Assembly (NCBI GenBank): GCA_037481835.1
Contig: JBBFKW010000001.1
Coordinates: forward strand, 75,403 to 139,402
Origin: Desulfosoma sp.
GTDB taxonomy: Bacteria > Desulfobacterota > Syntrophobacteria > Syntrophobacterales > DSM-9756
Direction: 5' to 3'
Length of the DNA stretch: 64,000 nt
The translations under genes were made by a program, and so were the position numbers. Within the stretch, counting starts at the first letter, position 1; every line of letters starts with the position of its first letter. A model generated the notes under the pieces. It did no database searches. It was given only the letters and a program-made list of their open reading frames with translations, and was not told the origin of the DNA. Shown here piece after piece: positions 53,761-64,000 of this stretch.

Positions 53761-56085
53761 TCACAGGCGGGCGGCGAAGAACTTGAGCGTGGGTTTGTCT
53801 TCAGGAAGGGGGAGCCGGTCCGTGCCGGAGCCGTCTTCCATGATGGGCCAGCAGGGGCCTTTCTTGCCCAAGGCCGCATAACGGAGCGCGCCCATTTCCT
53901 TGATGAGCTGCACGGCTTCGTCGAAGGCCTGGGCGCGGTCGGCCGGGGCGAGATCGGCGTTCAGGCGGCGAACGAGCCCCTGGATGAGGTCGAAATCCGG
54001 GCGCGCGTCCCCCGGAGGGGCCATGACCGGGGTGAGTTTCTGGATGCGGCGTTCGCAGTTCACCGCCGTGCCTTCCTTTTCCAAGAAGGCCGCTCCGGGC
54101 AGCATCACGTGGGCGGCATCGGCGGCCCGGGTTTTTGCGCAGTCCTGGACGATGAGCAGCTGGAGCTTGGCCAGGGCGGTTTCCACGCTCCGTTCCGGAA
54201 GCCCCAGGTCGAAGGGGTCCACGCCGACGAGGTAAAGGGCCTTGAGGTCGCCCTTTTCCATGGCTTCGAACATCTGGGGCCAGTTCAAGCCCGCATCGGC
54301 GGGAACGTCCACGCCCCAGAGGGTGCTCACCGCCTTTCGGGCCGCAGCCTGGGCCACACTTCGGTATCCGGGCAGGTACTTGGGCCACGCCCCGAAATCG
54401 GCCGCTCCCTGGGCGTTGCCGCTCACCCCCATGGCCGCGAAACCGCCCCCCGGCACCCCGAGGCTTCCCAAGAGCATCTGCAGGGCCGCGCCCATGCGGT
54501 AGAGGGATTCGCCGGCGGGGTCCCGGGCCATGTCCGCCCCGTAGATGAGGAAAGCCGGCCGCTTGGACGCATAGAGCCGCGCCGCATCCTGGATCTCTTC
54601 TTCGCTCAGCCCGGTGCGTTCGGCCACGTCCTTCAACCCGATCTTTTCCAGGCTTCGTTCCAGCTTGTCGAATTCCTGCGTGTGTTTTTCCACGAAGGCG
54701 GCGTCGTAGAGTTTTTCCGAAACGATCACCTTCAAAAAGCCGCACAGGAGGCTGGATTCGGATCCCGGCTGGAGGGCGAGATGCCGTTCGGCGTTCTTGG
54801 TGAGGGCCACGCGGTCCGGGTGGGCCACGATCATGACGGCGCCGTCACGCACGGCCTTGCGGGCTCGAAGCGCGGCAATGGCGTGTTTTTCCAACGTGTT
54901 GGATCCCAGCACCAGGAGGCTCTTGGCCAGGCCGATGTCGTCCAGCGGGTTGGTCATGGCCCCCCAGCCCACGCTGCTGCTCAGCCCTTCATAGAGCGGG
55001 AGCTGCCACGGGCCGCCCACATTGTCCACGTTGTTGGTCTTCAGGGCGCCTCGGGCGAGTTTTTGGAGCAGGTAGTATTCCTCGTTGGTGAGCATGCCGC
55101 CGGCGACGATCCCGACGGATCCGGGTCCGTGCTTTTCCACGATTTCGGCGAGCTTGGCCGCCGCCGCATCCAACGCCGCATCCACGGCCGCCGGCCGGGG
55201 CTCGCCCGAACCGTCCCGCACGAAGGCCGTCTGGAGGCGGTTCGGCGTATTGACGAAGTTGTAGTTGAACCGGCCCACCTTGCACAAGGCGCCCGTGTTG
55301 GCCGGGGCTTCAAAATCCCCGTGGACGGTGACCACCTTGCCCTTGTGGGTGTCGTAGACGGCGCCGCAGCCCATGGGGCACTGGAGGCAGATGGTGGCGC
55401 CTTTTTGCAGTTCCCACGCCCGCACCTCATAGCGGCCGGCTCGGAATCCGATGGCGTCCACCGGGCAGAAATCGGCGCAATGGCCGCAGAATTCGCAGCC
55501 CGCGTCCTGGAGCGGCAGTTCGAAGGCCGTGGAGATGCGCTGTTCGAAGCCGCGCCCCACCTTGGTCCAGATGTCCGCGCCTTGGACATCATGGCAGGCG
55601 CGGATGCACCGGCGGCAGAGCACGCACTTGTTCATGTCGATGTGCAGATAGGGGTTGGGGTCGGAATCCACCGGATGCTTGTGCCGTTCGCCGGGATAGG
55701 CGTCGGGCTTGACGCGAAAGCGATAGGCCAGATCCTGGAGTTCGCACGCCCCCGTGGCCTGGCAGGTCATGCAGGCGTTGGGATGGTCGGAGAGCAGCAG
55801 TTCCAGGATGGTCTTTCGGGATTCCTGGACTTTTTCCGAATCCGTTTCGATGACCATGCCTTGGCGGGCCGGAAAGACGCAGGCGGCCACCAGCGTCGAC
55901 CAACCCCGGCGGACGTCTTCCACGACACAGATTCGGCACGCTTCCTCAAGCGGCAGGTACGGATGGTAACAGAGCGTGGGGATGTACACCCCGGCCTTCT
56001 TCGCCGCATCGAGAATCGTCGCCCCCTCTTCCACCTGCACTTCTTGGCCATTGATCTTTAACGTGATCGTCGCCATAGGTTCCAT
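53761..56085 (-). CDS. NuoG / formate dehydrogenase alpha-like Fe-S protein
   Basis: IPTLCYHP..ACRIC (2Fe-2S), HPNACMTC..C, CVLCRRCIRAC, CEFCGHCADFCP, CLQCPMGC..C; molybdopterin-oxidoreductase fold. Confidence 0.85.
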   Translation of the reverse strand: MEPMATITLKINGQEVQVEEGATILDAAKKAGVYIPTLCYHPYLPLEEACRICVVEDVRRGWSTLVAACVFPARQGMVIETDSEKVQESRKTILELLLSDHPNACMTCQATGACELQDLAYRFRVKPDAYPGERHKHPVDSDPNPYLHIDMNKCVLCRRCIRACHDVQGADIWTKVGRGFEQRISTAFELPLQDAGCEFCGHCADFCPVDAIGFRAGRYEVRAWELQKGATICLQCPMGCGAVYDTHKGKVVTVHGDFEAPANTGALCKVGRFNYNFVNTPNRLQTAFVRDGSGEPRPAAVDAALDAAAAKLAEIVEKHGPGSVGIVAGGMLTNEEYYLLQKLARGALKTNNVDNVGGPWQLPLYEGLSSSVGWGAMTNPLDDIGLAKSLLVLGSNTLEKHAIAALRARKAVRDGAVMIVAHPDRVALTKNAERHLALQPGSESSLLCGFLKVIVSEKLYDAAFVEKHTQEFDKLERSLEKIGLKDVAERTGLSEEEIQDAARLYASKRPAFLIYGADMARDPAGESLYRMGAALQMLLGSLGVPGGGFAAMGVSGNAQGAADFGAWPKYLPGYRSVAQAAARKAVSTLWGVDVPADAGLNWPQMFEAMEKGDLKALYLVGVDPFDLGLPERSVETALAKLQLLIVQDCAKTRAADAAHVMLPGAAFLEKEGTAVNCERRIQKLTPVMAPPGDARPDFDLIQGLVRRLNADLAPADRAQAFDEAVQLIKEMGALRYAALGKKGPCWPIMEDGSGTDRLPLPEDKPTLKFFAARL

Positions 56086-56187
56086 CCCTCTTCTCTCGGA
56101 CGCGCAGGAGCGCGTCCCTTCAAAATCGCGGCCGCGGCCGCTCTCACTGTCGTCTCTCCGGCGCGACGTTATCCCTTGGGGTCGGCC

Positions 56188-57069
56188 TTATTTCTTCTTT
56201 TTCTTCTTCGCCGCCTCGGCCATGCGCTCACGAAAGGCCTTCTTTTTCTGGATTTCCACAAGAGCCGTGCACACTCCGGCGCGGCATTCCTTCTTTTCGA
56301 TATGCTCGACGAACTCATCCTTGAAATACGTGACGGCGCTCAGCACCGGTTTGGTGCTCGCCATGGCGAATTGGCAGTGGGGGGCGTAAATCATGGTCTC
56401 GCACAGGAGCCCGATCTGTTCCAAATCCTCCATGGTGCCTTGCCCAGCCACGATCCGATCCAGGCTTTCTTCCATTCTCTTGATGCCCAGCCGGCAGGGA
56501 ACGCACTTGCCGCAGGAAAGGCCTTCCTCGAAGGCGAGAAAGTACCGGGCCACGTCCACCATGCACACCGTGTCGTCGATGGCGGCGAGAAGGCCGCTGA
56601 AACGGTCGTACAGGATATCCGTCCGGTAGGACCGGTCCGGATTCACGGAAAGGTAGGGAAAAAGGATGCGACCGCGGCACAATGTCTCGCGCACCACTTC
56701 CCGGGCCGCTTCCGGAGCCACCCTGAGGTAGAAGAAGCCCTTCTGGGGAAAGCCCACGAAGGGACCCAGCGTGCACCGGCCCGAGCAGCCCGTTTTCGCT
56801 TCCCCCACCGGGATCGCCAGCCCGTATTCCGCCAGGGCCTTTTCAAGGGCTTCCTTGAGGGCCGGGCCGTCGCAGGTGCACTCGCCCCGCGGCGCGCACA
56901 CGGTGAGGCACGCCTTCTTGGAATCCGGGTCGCAGAAAGGCCGCCCGCTCAGACGCGGCACCGCATCCCGTTCTTCCGCCGAAGGCGCCGCAGCCTTCAC
57001 GGCGGCACGCACACTATCCAGGACCTTTTCTTGAATATCCTGCCTGAGATTCCTAAGCCGTTCCAGCAT
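56188..57069 (-). CDS. Thioredoxin-like [2Fe-2S] domain fused to NuoF C-terminal [4Fe-4S] domain
   Basis: C...C...TGCSGRCTLGP; CMVDVARYFL..EEGLSCGKCVPCRLG...HCQFA...ECRAGVC. Confidence 0.8.
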   Translation of the reverse strand: MLERLRNLRQDIQEKVLDSVRAAVKAAAPSAEERDAVPRLSGRPFCDPDSKKACLTVCAPRGECTCDGPALKEALEKALAEYGLAIPVGEAKTGCSGRCTLGPFVGFPQKGFFYLRVAPEAAREVVRETLCRGRILFPYLSVNPDRSYRTDILYDRFSGLLAAIDDTVCMVDVARYFLAFEEGLSCGKCVPCRLGIKRMEESLDRIVAGQGTMEDLEQIGLLCETMIYAPHCQFAMASTKPVLSAVTYFKDEFVEHIEKKECRAGVCTALVEIQKKKAFRERMAEAAKKKKKK

Positions 57070-57110
57070 CGTCGTATCCTTGTTCCTCTACAAGGGCCCC
57101 GGCCTCGCCG

Positions 57111-58532
57111 CTAAGGCAGAACGGCGACGGTCGCTTCCGCAAGAGCCACAAATCGATCGGGGAAGATGCCCACATACACCATGGCGATCACAAGCACGGC
57201 GCTCATCACCCGCGTCCACGTATCCACCCGGACCGGGGCGTATTCCCGCACGGGTTCCAGGAGATAGGCCGCCTTGATGACGATGAGGTAGTAATAGAGC
57301 GATATGGTGGCGTTGATCATGCCGATGATGACCAAGAGGAGATAGCCCTTTTCCAAGGCCGCGGCGAACACCAGGAATTTCCCCGTAAAGCCCAGTGTGG
57401 GCGGGATTCCCGCCAGGCCGAAGAGGGCCAGCATCAGGGTCATGGCCAACAGGGGCGATCGCTTGTGCAGACCCGCCAGTTCCTTGATCTGCAAATTATG
57501 GCCGTCCGGCGCCACCTTGATGATGACCATGAAGCAGGCGAAGTTCATGACCAGGTACGCCAGGGCGTAGTAGACCGCGCTGGAATACCCGCGCTGGGTC
57601 ATGCACAGGATCCCGATGAGCATGTACCCGGCATGGGCGATACTGGAATAGGCCAGGAGGCGCTTGATGTCCTTCTGGACGATGGCCACCAGGTTCCCGA
57701 AGGTCATGGACAAGACGGACAAGACCACCAGGATCTCAATGAACACCTCCGATTGGCCCGTGCTCATCCCCACGAACCGGATCACCATGGCGGCTGCGGC
57801 CATCTTGGATGCCGTGGCGATGTAGGTGGTCACCTGGTTGGCCGCTCCCTGGTAGACGTCCGGAGCCCAGATGTGGAACGGGAACAGGGCCTGCTTGAAG
57901 AAGAAGCCGCCCAGGGCCAGCAACAGCCCCACCACGGCCGCCGGCTGGTTCAAGACCTCCGGGAGTTTTCGGATGATGTCGGCCACGTAGGTCGTGTGGG
58001 TCATCCCGAAGAGGTAGCTCATGCCGAAGATCATGAGCGCCGAGGCCGTGGCGCCCACCATGAAATACTTGATCCCCGTCTCCACGTACTCGTCGGCCCG
58101 ATGCCGCATGGGAACCAGCAGGTAGAGGGAGTAGGACGACAGTTCCAGGGCGATGTAGATCGTCAGGAGCTCGACGGCACTGACCAGCATCATCATGGCC
58201 AGGGTGCAGACGGAAAGGAGGAAGTAAAATTCCCCGTGCTTTCTCGGTTCGATCCCATGCAGTTCACTGCACACCATGACCACGAAAAACATTCCCAAGG
58301 CCAGGAACACCTTGAAGACTTGGCTGAACAGATCGACCTTGTAGGAGTCGAAAAACAGGAACCCCTCCATGCGGGCGCACGCCACGGTCACCGCCAGCCC
58401 GACGCCCGCCAGGATCACCGCCCAGCGATACAGGCGCCTGGGGTCCGCCTTCTTCTCCAGGGAACAGACGAAGAACACGGACGCAACGGCCACATAGTAC
58501 AATTCGGGGCTAAACAGGGTCCATTTCATCAT
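57111..58532 (-). CDS. nuoN: NADH-quinone oxidoreductase subunit N
   Basis: [43 protein letters not shown]. Confidence 0.95.
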   Translation of the reverse strand: MMKWTLFSPELYYVAVASVFFVCSLEKKADPRRLYRWAVILAGVGLAVTVACARMEGFLFFDSYKVDLFSQVFKVFLALGMFFVVMVCSELHGIEPRKHGEFYFLLSVCTLAMMMLVSAVELLTIYIALELSSYSLYLLVPMRHRADEYVETGIKYFMVGATASALMIFGMSYLFGMTHTTYVADIIRKLPEVLNQPAAVVGLLLALGGFFFKQALFPFHIWAPDVYQGAANQVTTYIATASKMAAAAMVIRFVGMSTGQSEVFIEILVVLSVLSMTFGNLVAIVQKDIKRLLAYSSIAHAGYMLIGILCMTQRGYSSAVYYALAYLVMNFACFMVIIKVAPDGHNLQIKELAGLHKRSPLLAMTLMLALFGLAGIPPTLGFTGKFLVFAAALEKGYLLLVIIGMINATISLYYYLIVIKAAYLLEPVREYAPVRVDTWTRVMSAVLVIAMVYVGIFPDRFVALAEATVAVLP

Positions 58533-58554
58533 GACCAAATCATCCCTCGTCTCG

Positions 58555-60042
58555 CTACAGGCTGTTCACGAAAGGAACCACGGCACTTTGAATGATGTCC
58601 AAAATGAGCCTCGGGAACAGGCCGAAGAAAATCAAGATGCCCACCAGGATGATGCGCGGCGAGGCCAAAAACAGGGGCACGTCGGGGATGTGTTCCCACT
58701 TGGGGTTCTTGTCCCCGTAGAACGTCTTTTGGACCACCCGCAGCATGAACAGGGCGCTGACCACCAGTCCCGAAACGGCTAGAATGCCCCGCACGGGATA
58801 GGTCTTCACCGCGGAGATGAAGACGAGAAGTTCCGCCCAGAAGCTGCTCATGCACGGCACCCCGATGCCGCAAAAGGCGGCCAGGATGAAAAAGGCCGAC
58901 GCCTTGGGCATGGTCTTGGACAGGCCGCCCAGTTCGGGGATCATCTTGGTGTGGGTCTTGTCGTAAATGTAGCCCACGGCGGAGAAGAACAGGGCCGTCA
59001 TGATCCCGTGGGAAAACATCTGGAAGACGGCGCCGTTGATCCCGTCCACGGTCATGGTGGCGAGCCCCAGGCCCACGATGCCCATGTGGGAGACGCTGGA
59101 ATAGCCGATGACGTATTTCAGGTCCGTCTGGGCAAGGCCCACGAAGGCGCCGTAAACGATGCCGATGGTGGCCAGCAGGGCCATGAGGTCGGACCAGTAG
59201 ACAAGCCCTTCGGGGCACAGGGTCATGCCCACGCGCAGGATGCCGTAGGCGCCGAGCTTCATGAGCACGCCCGCGTGGATCATGCTCACCGCCGTGGGCG
59301 CCGCCACGTGGCCCACGGGAGACCATGTGTGGAACGGCCACACACCGGCGAGGATCCCGAAGCCCAGGTACAGCATGACGAAGGCGATGCGCTGGACCTG
59401 GACGTCAAAGCCGAGCCGCTGGAGTTCAAAGAGATCGAAGGTGGTGCCTCCGGCCACGGCCCACAGGTACAGGATCCCCGGCAGGATCAAGGCGCTTCCC
59501 GCAAGGAGGTACAGGGTGAGCTTCATGGCGCCGTATTCCTTGCGGGTGCTCCCCCAGATGGCGATGAGCGGGTACATGGGAAAGAGGGAGACGTCGTACC
59601 AGACGAAGATGAAGAAGAGGTCCATGCTCATGAAGACGCCGTAGACGCCGGCCACCAAAAGGTAGGTGAGCGCGAAGTATTCCTTGACGCGCTTTTCCAG
59701 TTCCCACATGGTCAGGACACCGGTAAAGAGCACCACGGCGGTCAGAAGAATCATGGGGACGTTAATGCCGTCGGCGGCAAGGAAATAATAGATCCCCAGG
59801 CTTTTTACCCACAGGACCCGCTCCACGAACTGCAACCCGCCCTTCTGGGGGTCGAAGGCGAAATACACGTAGAGGCTGAGCGCCAGGCCCAGGGCGGCGA
59901 ACCCCAAACTCACCTGCTTGACCAGCTTGGGGCGGTCATCGGGGATGAAGAGGATGACCAGGAGCGCCAGCAGCGTGGAAAAAAGGATGGCCGACAGGAT
60001 CGGAAACTGCGCAAATTCCATGGCTGTCATAAGCATGCCCAC
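58555..60042 (-). CDS. nuoM: NADH-quinone oxidoreductase subunit M
   Basis: [34 protein letters not shown]. Confidence 0.93.
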   Translation of the reverse strand: MGMLMTAMEFAQFPILSAILFSTLLALLVILFIPDDRPKLVKQVSLGFAALGLALSLYVYFAFDPQKGGLQFVERVLWVKSLGIYYFLAADGINVPMILLTAVVLFTGVLTMWELEKRVKEYFALTYLLVAGVYGVFMSMDLFFIFVWYDVSLFPMYPLIAIWGSTRKEYGAMKLTLYLLAGSALILPGILYLWAVAGGTTFDLFELQRLGFDVQVQRIAFVMLYLGFGILAGVWPFHTWSPVGHVAAPTAVSMIHAGVLMKLGAYGILRVGMTLCPEGLVYWSDLMALLATIGIVYGAFVGLAQTDLKYVIGYSSVSHMGIVGLGLATMTVDGINGAVFQMFSHGIMTALFFSAVGYIYDKTHTKMIPELGGLSKTMPKASAFFILAAFCGIGVPCMSSFWAELLVFISAVKTYPVRGILAVSGLVVSALFMLRVVQKTFYGDKNPKWEHIPDVPLFLASPRIILVGILIFFGLFPRLILDIIQSAVVPFVNSL

Positions 60043-60102
60043 TCGCGTTTAAACGTTCCCTTCGCTTCGTCCGTCACCGCAGCCTTCGGGCCTTCAGACC
60101 CC

Positions 60103-62055
60103 TCACAAGGCGAAGACCAGCACCAGGACCCCCACGGCGGCCACCATGAGCACCAAGTTGTATTGGAGCATCCCGGACTGGAGGAAACTCACCGCACGGC
60201 CGCCGCCCACCGTAAACCGGCAGATGCCGTCGATCCCGCCGTCGATGACCCGGCGGTCATTGCGGGTAAAGATGTTGGTAAAGCCGCAATAGACGCACAG
60301 ATCCAGGGCCTTGCGGTAGAAATGATCCATGTACCAGCGGTTGGCGAAAAGGTTTTCCACCGCGGGAAACTTCCGCAGGAACCCTTCCTGGGTCGCCTTC
60401 TTCCAGCCGAATTCCAGGTAGGCGAAAAAGACGCCGCCCACCGCCAGGCTCACGGCCGTGACGAGGAGCAGGTAATGCCCCAGGCCGTGGCCGCCGTGTT
60501 CGGCCGCTTCATGCCCGTGGGCCGCGGGTTCCAGACCCAGGAGGTAGCTCTGCAGTTCGTTTTGGAAAAACCCCAGCACGAGCGTCACGGTCGCCAGGAT
60601 CATGACCGGCCAGGCCATGGCCCAAAACACATGGCCGTGATGTCCCCCTCCATGGTCGTCCCCATGACCATGCCCCCCGTGGGCCTCTTCGTGATGATGA
60701 GCCGGTTCGGCCGTTTCACGGGGAAAAAGGATGAAGAAGATGAGCCGGAAGCTGTAGTAGGCGGTCATGAGCGCCCCCAGGAGGCCTGCTGCCAGGAAGA
60801 GCTTGTTGGGGTGCGCCGCGAGGACCCCAAGGATGGCTTCCTTGCTGAAAAAGCCGGAGAAGGGAAAGATCCCCGCCAAAGCCAAGGCGCCGACCGTCAT
60901 GCAGATCATGGGGATGGTGAGTTTTCGGCCTCCGCCTCGGCCGATCTCCCGCATGTCGTTGGTGTGGTATTCGTGGATGAAGATGCCCGAACACAGGAAC
61001 AACAAGGCCTTGAATCCCGCATGGGTCGTGAGGTGGAACACCCCCGCGAAATAGCCGCCCGCCGCCAGGCTCATGACCATGAAGCCCAGCTGGCTCACCG
61101 TGGAATAGGCCCACACCTGTTTGATGTCGTAGGTCACGAAAGCCATGGTGGAGGCCAAGAGCATGGTGATGGTCCCGATGACGAGCGCAACGGCCATGGC
61201 ATCGGGAGACGCGGCGAAAAACGGAAAGATGCGGCTCATGAGATAGACGCCCGCCGCCACCATGGTCGCCGAATGGAGCAGGGCGCTCACGGGGGTCGGG
61301 CCTTCCATGGCGTCGGGCAACCAGGTGAGCAGCGGAAACTGGGCGCTCTTGCCCACAACGCCGCAGAAGATGAGGAGCGCTCCCAGGGTGACCACGGCGG
61401 GGTGGATATCCCCGGCTTGGGCCGCGTGGTTCATGTGGAGAATGCCCAAATCGCCGAAGCCCAGAAGGACCGTGATGATCCCCAGGAAGAAGCCGATATC
61501 GCCCAGGCGGGTCATGACGAAGGCCTTCTTGCCCGCCTGGGAAGCGCTCCATTTTTCATAGTAGTACCCGATGAGAAGATAGGACGCCAGGCCCACCAAT
61601 TCCCAGAAGATGTAGAGCTGCAGCATCCCGGGGGCGATGACCATGGTCATCATGGCCCAGGCGAACAGGGACTGAAAGGCGTAGTAGCGGCTGAAGCCGG
61701 GATCCCCGTGCATGTAGCCGATGGAGTAGACCTGGACGAGAAAGCTGATCACGGCCACAATGGTGAGCATGAGCAGGCTCAGCCGATCCAGCAGGAACCC
61801 GAAGGGAATGACCATGTCGCTGGAGATGATCCAGGCCCACTGGTATTCCACGGGAGCCGGGGCGTGACGCAGGGTGATGAGGAGATACAAGGCGGATCCC
61901 AGGCACACCGTGATGGCCCCCACCGAAATGGCGCAGGAAAGCCTCTGGTACGGGCGGGTGAAAATGAGGATGACCGCCATGGACAGAAACGGAAGGGTGG
62001 CACAGGCGAAAGCCGCCGTCAGAACCGGATCGTGCGCTAGCCACATCATGGACAT
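60103..62055 (-). CDS. nuoL: NADH-quinone oxidoreductase subunit L
   Basis: WELVGLASYLLIG, GKSAQFPL.TWLPDAMEGPTPVSALLHSATMV, AYSTVSQLG, GFFSKE. Confidence 0.96.
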   Translation of the reverse strand: MSMMWLAHDPVLTAAFACATLPFLSMAVILIFTRPYQRLSCAISVGAITVCLGSALYLLITLRHAPAPVEYQWAWIISSDMVIPFGFLLDRLSLLMLTIVAVISFLVQVYSIGYMHGDPGFSRYYAFQSLFAWAMMTMVIAPGMLQLYIFWELVGLASYLLIGYYYEKWSASQAGKKAFVMTRLGDIGFFLGIITVLLGFGDLGILHMNHAAQAGDIHPAVVTLGALLIFCGVVGKSAQFPLLTWLPDAMEGPTPVSALLHSATMVAAGVYLMSRIFPFFAASPDAMAVALVIGTITMLLASTMAFVTYDIKQVWAYSTVSQLGFMVMSLAAGGYFAGVFHLTTHAGFKALLFLCSGIFIHEYHTNDMREIGRGGGRKLTIPMICMTVGALALAGIFPFSGFFSKEAILGVLAAHPNKLFLAAGLLGALMTAYYSFRLIFFILFPRETAEPAHHHEEAHGGHGHGDDHGGGHHGHVFWAMAWPVMILATVTLVLGFFQNELQSYLLGLEPAAHGHEAAEHGGHGLGHYLLLVTAVSLAVGGVFFAYLEFGWKKATQEGFLRKFPAVENLFANRWYMDHFYRKALDLCVYCGFTNIFTRNDRRVIDGGIDGICRFTVGGGRAVSFLQSGMLQYNLVLMVAAVGVLVLVFAL

Positions 62056-62117
62056 CGTCCTTCACACGCTGAAGTTACGGATGACAACAGGACACCTTCC
62101 CCCGAACGCACGGGCGC

Positions 62118-62426
62118 TTACCCCCGCATCCGCTGCGCCCGCTCCACGTTGATGGAACGCAGCCGCCTGAACAGCGCCAGGATGATGCTCAACCCAATGG
62201 CCGCCTCCGCCGCCGCGATCCCCATGACGAAGAGCGCCACGATCTGCCCCACGGCCGGTTCGGGCGCCAGGAAACGGTTGAAAGCCATGAAGTTCAGGTT
62301 CGCGCCGTTGAGCATGAGTTCGATGGAAATGAGCATGCCGATGAGGTTTCGGCGCATGAGCACCCCGAAGAGACCCAGGCTGAAGAGCACCGCCGCGATG
62401 GTCAAATAGACGCTGAGTGAATTCAC
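62118..62426 (-). CDS. nuoK: NADH-quinone oxidoreductase subunit K
   Basis: RRNLI..L.SIELMLN, AAAEAAIGL. Confidence 0.95.
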   Translation of the reverse strand: MNSLSVYLTIAAVLFSLGLFGVLMRRNLIGMLISIELMLNGANLNFMAFNRFLAPEPAVGQIVALFVMGIAAAEAAIGLSIILALFRRLRSINVERAQRMRG

Positions 62427-62950
62427 GAAGACAACCTCCGGCTGAATCCTGTGGTCACAATGGCGCCGATGATGGCCACCAGCAGCACCAGGGAGATGAT
62501 TTCAAAGACCAGGGCGTAGCGCGTGAGGAGCAAGTGGCCGATGGTCGTGATGGTCCAGTCCGCCCCCCGTTCGGCCGCCGGCTTCCACGCGGTTTTCCAG
62601 GACACGGCCGTGACGGCTGCAAAGAAGATCGCCGCCGCCCCGATGCCGGCCGCCAGTTTGGGCATGCGCCTCTTGGGCACTTCCAGGTGGAGCGGCCGGG
62701 ACAGCATGATGGCGAACACGATGGCGATGCAGATGGCCCCCACATAGATGAGGAGCTGCATCAGGGCGAGGAAGAAGCTTCCCAGGTAGAGGAAGAGCGC
62801 CGCCACGCCGGTCAGGCAGAGGATGAGGCCCAGGACGTTGTAGACGATGTTTCGCGGAAAGACCGCCAGGGCGGCCCCTGCGAACACGAAACCCACCACG
62901 ACCCAAAAGACCGCGTGGGCCAAACTGTCGATGACGAAGCTTCCGCTCAT
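62423..62950 (-). CDS. nuoJ: NADH-quinone oxidoreductase subunit J
   Basis: QLLIYVGAI, FEIISLVLLVAIIGA; coupled to nuoI and nuoK. Confidence 0.93.
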   Translation of the reverse strand: MSGSFVIDSLAHAVFWVVVGFVFAGAALAVFPRNIVYNVLGLILCLTGVAALFLYLGSFFLALMQLLIYVGAICIAIVFAIMLSRPLHLEVPKRRMPKLAAGIGAAAIFFAAVTAVSWKTAWKPAAERGADWTITTIGHLLLTRYALVFEIISLVLLVAIIGAIVTTGFSRRLSS

Positions 62951-63387
62951 GATCGGCTGTCCTCCATCCTCGCAACCAAATCCACCACGCCGTCCCACCG
63001 GGATTCGCCGGCAAGCTCGTATTCCGTGGAAAACTTCAGGGTCTGGGTCGGGCAGCTTTCCACGCACAGCCCGCACAGACTGCAGCGCGTGTAGTCGATC
63101 ACGTAATGCGTCGCCACCTTGCCGCTGCGCGCATGGGTCTTCACCCCTTGGACTTTGATCACGCCCGACGGGCACACTCTTTGGCATGTGCCGCAGGCGA
63201 TGCACCCGTGGGTGCCCGTTTCCGCAAAGATTTTCAGCTCGATGTGCCCGCGGTAGGCGGGGGACATCTCCAGGTGTTTTCGAGGGTATTGCACCGTGAC
63301 CACGGGCTTGAAGAGCGCCCGGCCCGTGACTTTCATCCCTTCAATGAGGCTCCAGCCCCCTACGACGATATCTTTCCAGTATCCCAT
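62947..63387 (-). CDS. nuoI: NADH-quinone oxidoreductase subunit I
   Basis: VTVQYP, CIACGTCQRVCP, CSLCGLCVESCP. Confidence 0.93.
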   Translation of the reverse strand: MGYWKDIVVGGWSLIEGMKVTGRALFKPVVTVQYPRKHLEMSPAYRGHIELKIFAETGTHGCIACGTCQRVCPSGVIKVQGVKTHARSGKVATHYVIDYTRCSLCGLCVESCPTQTLKFSTEYELAGESRWDGVVDLVARMEDSRS

Positions 63388-63418
63388 GGCCGCCCTTTGA
63401 CTCCGTGTCGTTTCTTTG

Positions 63419-63980
63419 CCCCCCTCACCCTGCCCTCTCCCCCGGCGGGGGAGAGGGATGCAGAACCGGCTTCCCACCTTTTTCCAGGGAGAGGGGACCC
63501 ACACCGGCCCGCCCTTTCCCGGGAGAGTAACAACCAGGACCGGCCCTCCCTTCCCCCATAAGGAAGGACCCAGGACCAGCCGACCCTTTCTTCAGGGGGA
63601 AACGGCCTGGACTGACCCCCCTTTTCGCCAGGCTAAAGGACCCACGACCAGCCCAGTCTCTGCCCCGGGGGAGGACCCAGGACCAGTCCAGTCCCTGCCC
63701 CGGGCGAAGGGCCCAAGGCCGGACGCCCCTCTCTCCCAGGGGCATGGAACCGGGACCTCCTCCACGCCATCCCCCCAACCGGGGGGCCTCAGCACCCACC
63801 TCATGCCCTCTCCCCCCCTCGGAAAGAGACGGTCCAGTAACCACTTCGCGCCCTCTCCCCCTTGGAAGGAGAGAGTTCCGCACCCCCCTCAAGCCCTCTC
63901 CCCCCTTGGGAGGAGAGATTACCGCACCCCCCTTAAGCCCTCTCCCCCCCCTCAGGGGGGAGAGGGTTGGGTGAGGGGGG
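63419..63980. repeat. Palindromic/tandem repeat region upstream of nuoI
   Basis: cccctcaccctgccctctcccc..ggggagaggg at the left end, inverted ggggagagggttgggtgagggggg at the right end, several ccctctcccc copies and about 4 ggaccca(g/c)gaccag units. Confidence 0.8.
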
Positions 63981-64000
63981 CCAAACGAGAAGGATTTATG

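Noticed and set aside
53761..56085. Selenocysteine formate dehydrogenase
   Set aside because: No in-frame TGA and no Cys at the metal-ligand position.
60640..60705. His-rich loop in NuoL as a novel metal-binding feature
   Set aside because: His-rich insertions at this position are common in NuoL.
58951..62040. Very long opposite-strand or alternative-frame ORFs (also 45257-48193, 48175-50838, 53635-56061, 8086-9822)
   Set aside because: They overlap well-supported genes and have no motifs; such ORFs are expected in high-GC DNA.

Overview
High-GC bacterial chromosome window. Gene content and protein style suggest a Desulfobacterota/Syntrophobacteria-like organism (inference only). From left to right: (1) 1-11.2 kb housekeeping block with a divergent dnaA-family gene (cut by the window edge), HD protein, ddl, Gate-domain membrane protein, tRNA-Phe, acidic zinc-ribbon protein, rsmE, prepilin peptidase, topA and dprA. 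(2) 11.3-15.9 kb accessory block with a c-di-GMP-I riboswitch ahead of a secreted S8 protease, and a GxxExxY gene enclosed by long palindromic repeats. (3) 15.9-43.4 kb minus-strand surface-glycan locus with PglFEDC-like and WbpB/D/E/I-like genes, AsnB, glycosyltransferases, Wzx and Wzy. Its core is visibly lower in GC and carries IS1380, ISL3, IS256 and IS5 remnants, a MITE, and toxin-antitoxin cassettes. (4) 43.6-53.4 kb Wza/Wzc/CpsB export cluster. (5) 53.7-64 kb nuoI-N followed by an atypical truncated NuoF-like gene and a NuoG/FdhA-like gene. Most notable observations: a palindromic repeat family that both brackets the GxxExxY gene and sits in frame inside the neighbouring aminotransferase; a PIN toxin domain fused to a WbpE-like aminotransferase with an antitoxin-like gene upstream; a TA cargo between duplicated pglF 3' ends; a 118-bp CTAG-targeting MITE that breaks a wzy gene; homopolymer tracts able to fuse or restore two acetyltransferases; and a complex I input module with no flavin domain.
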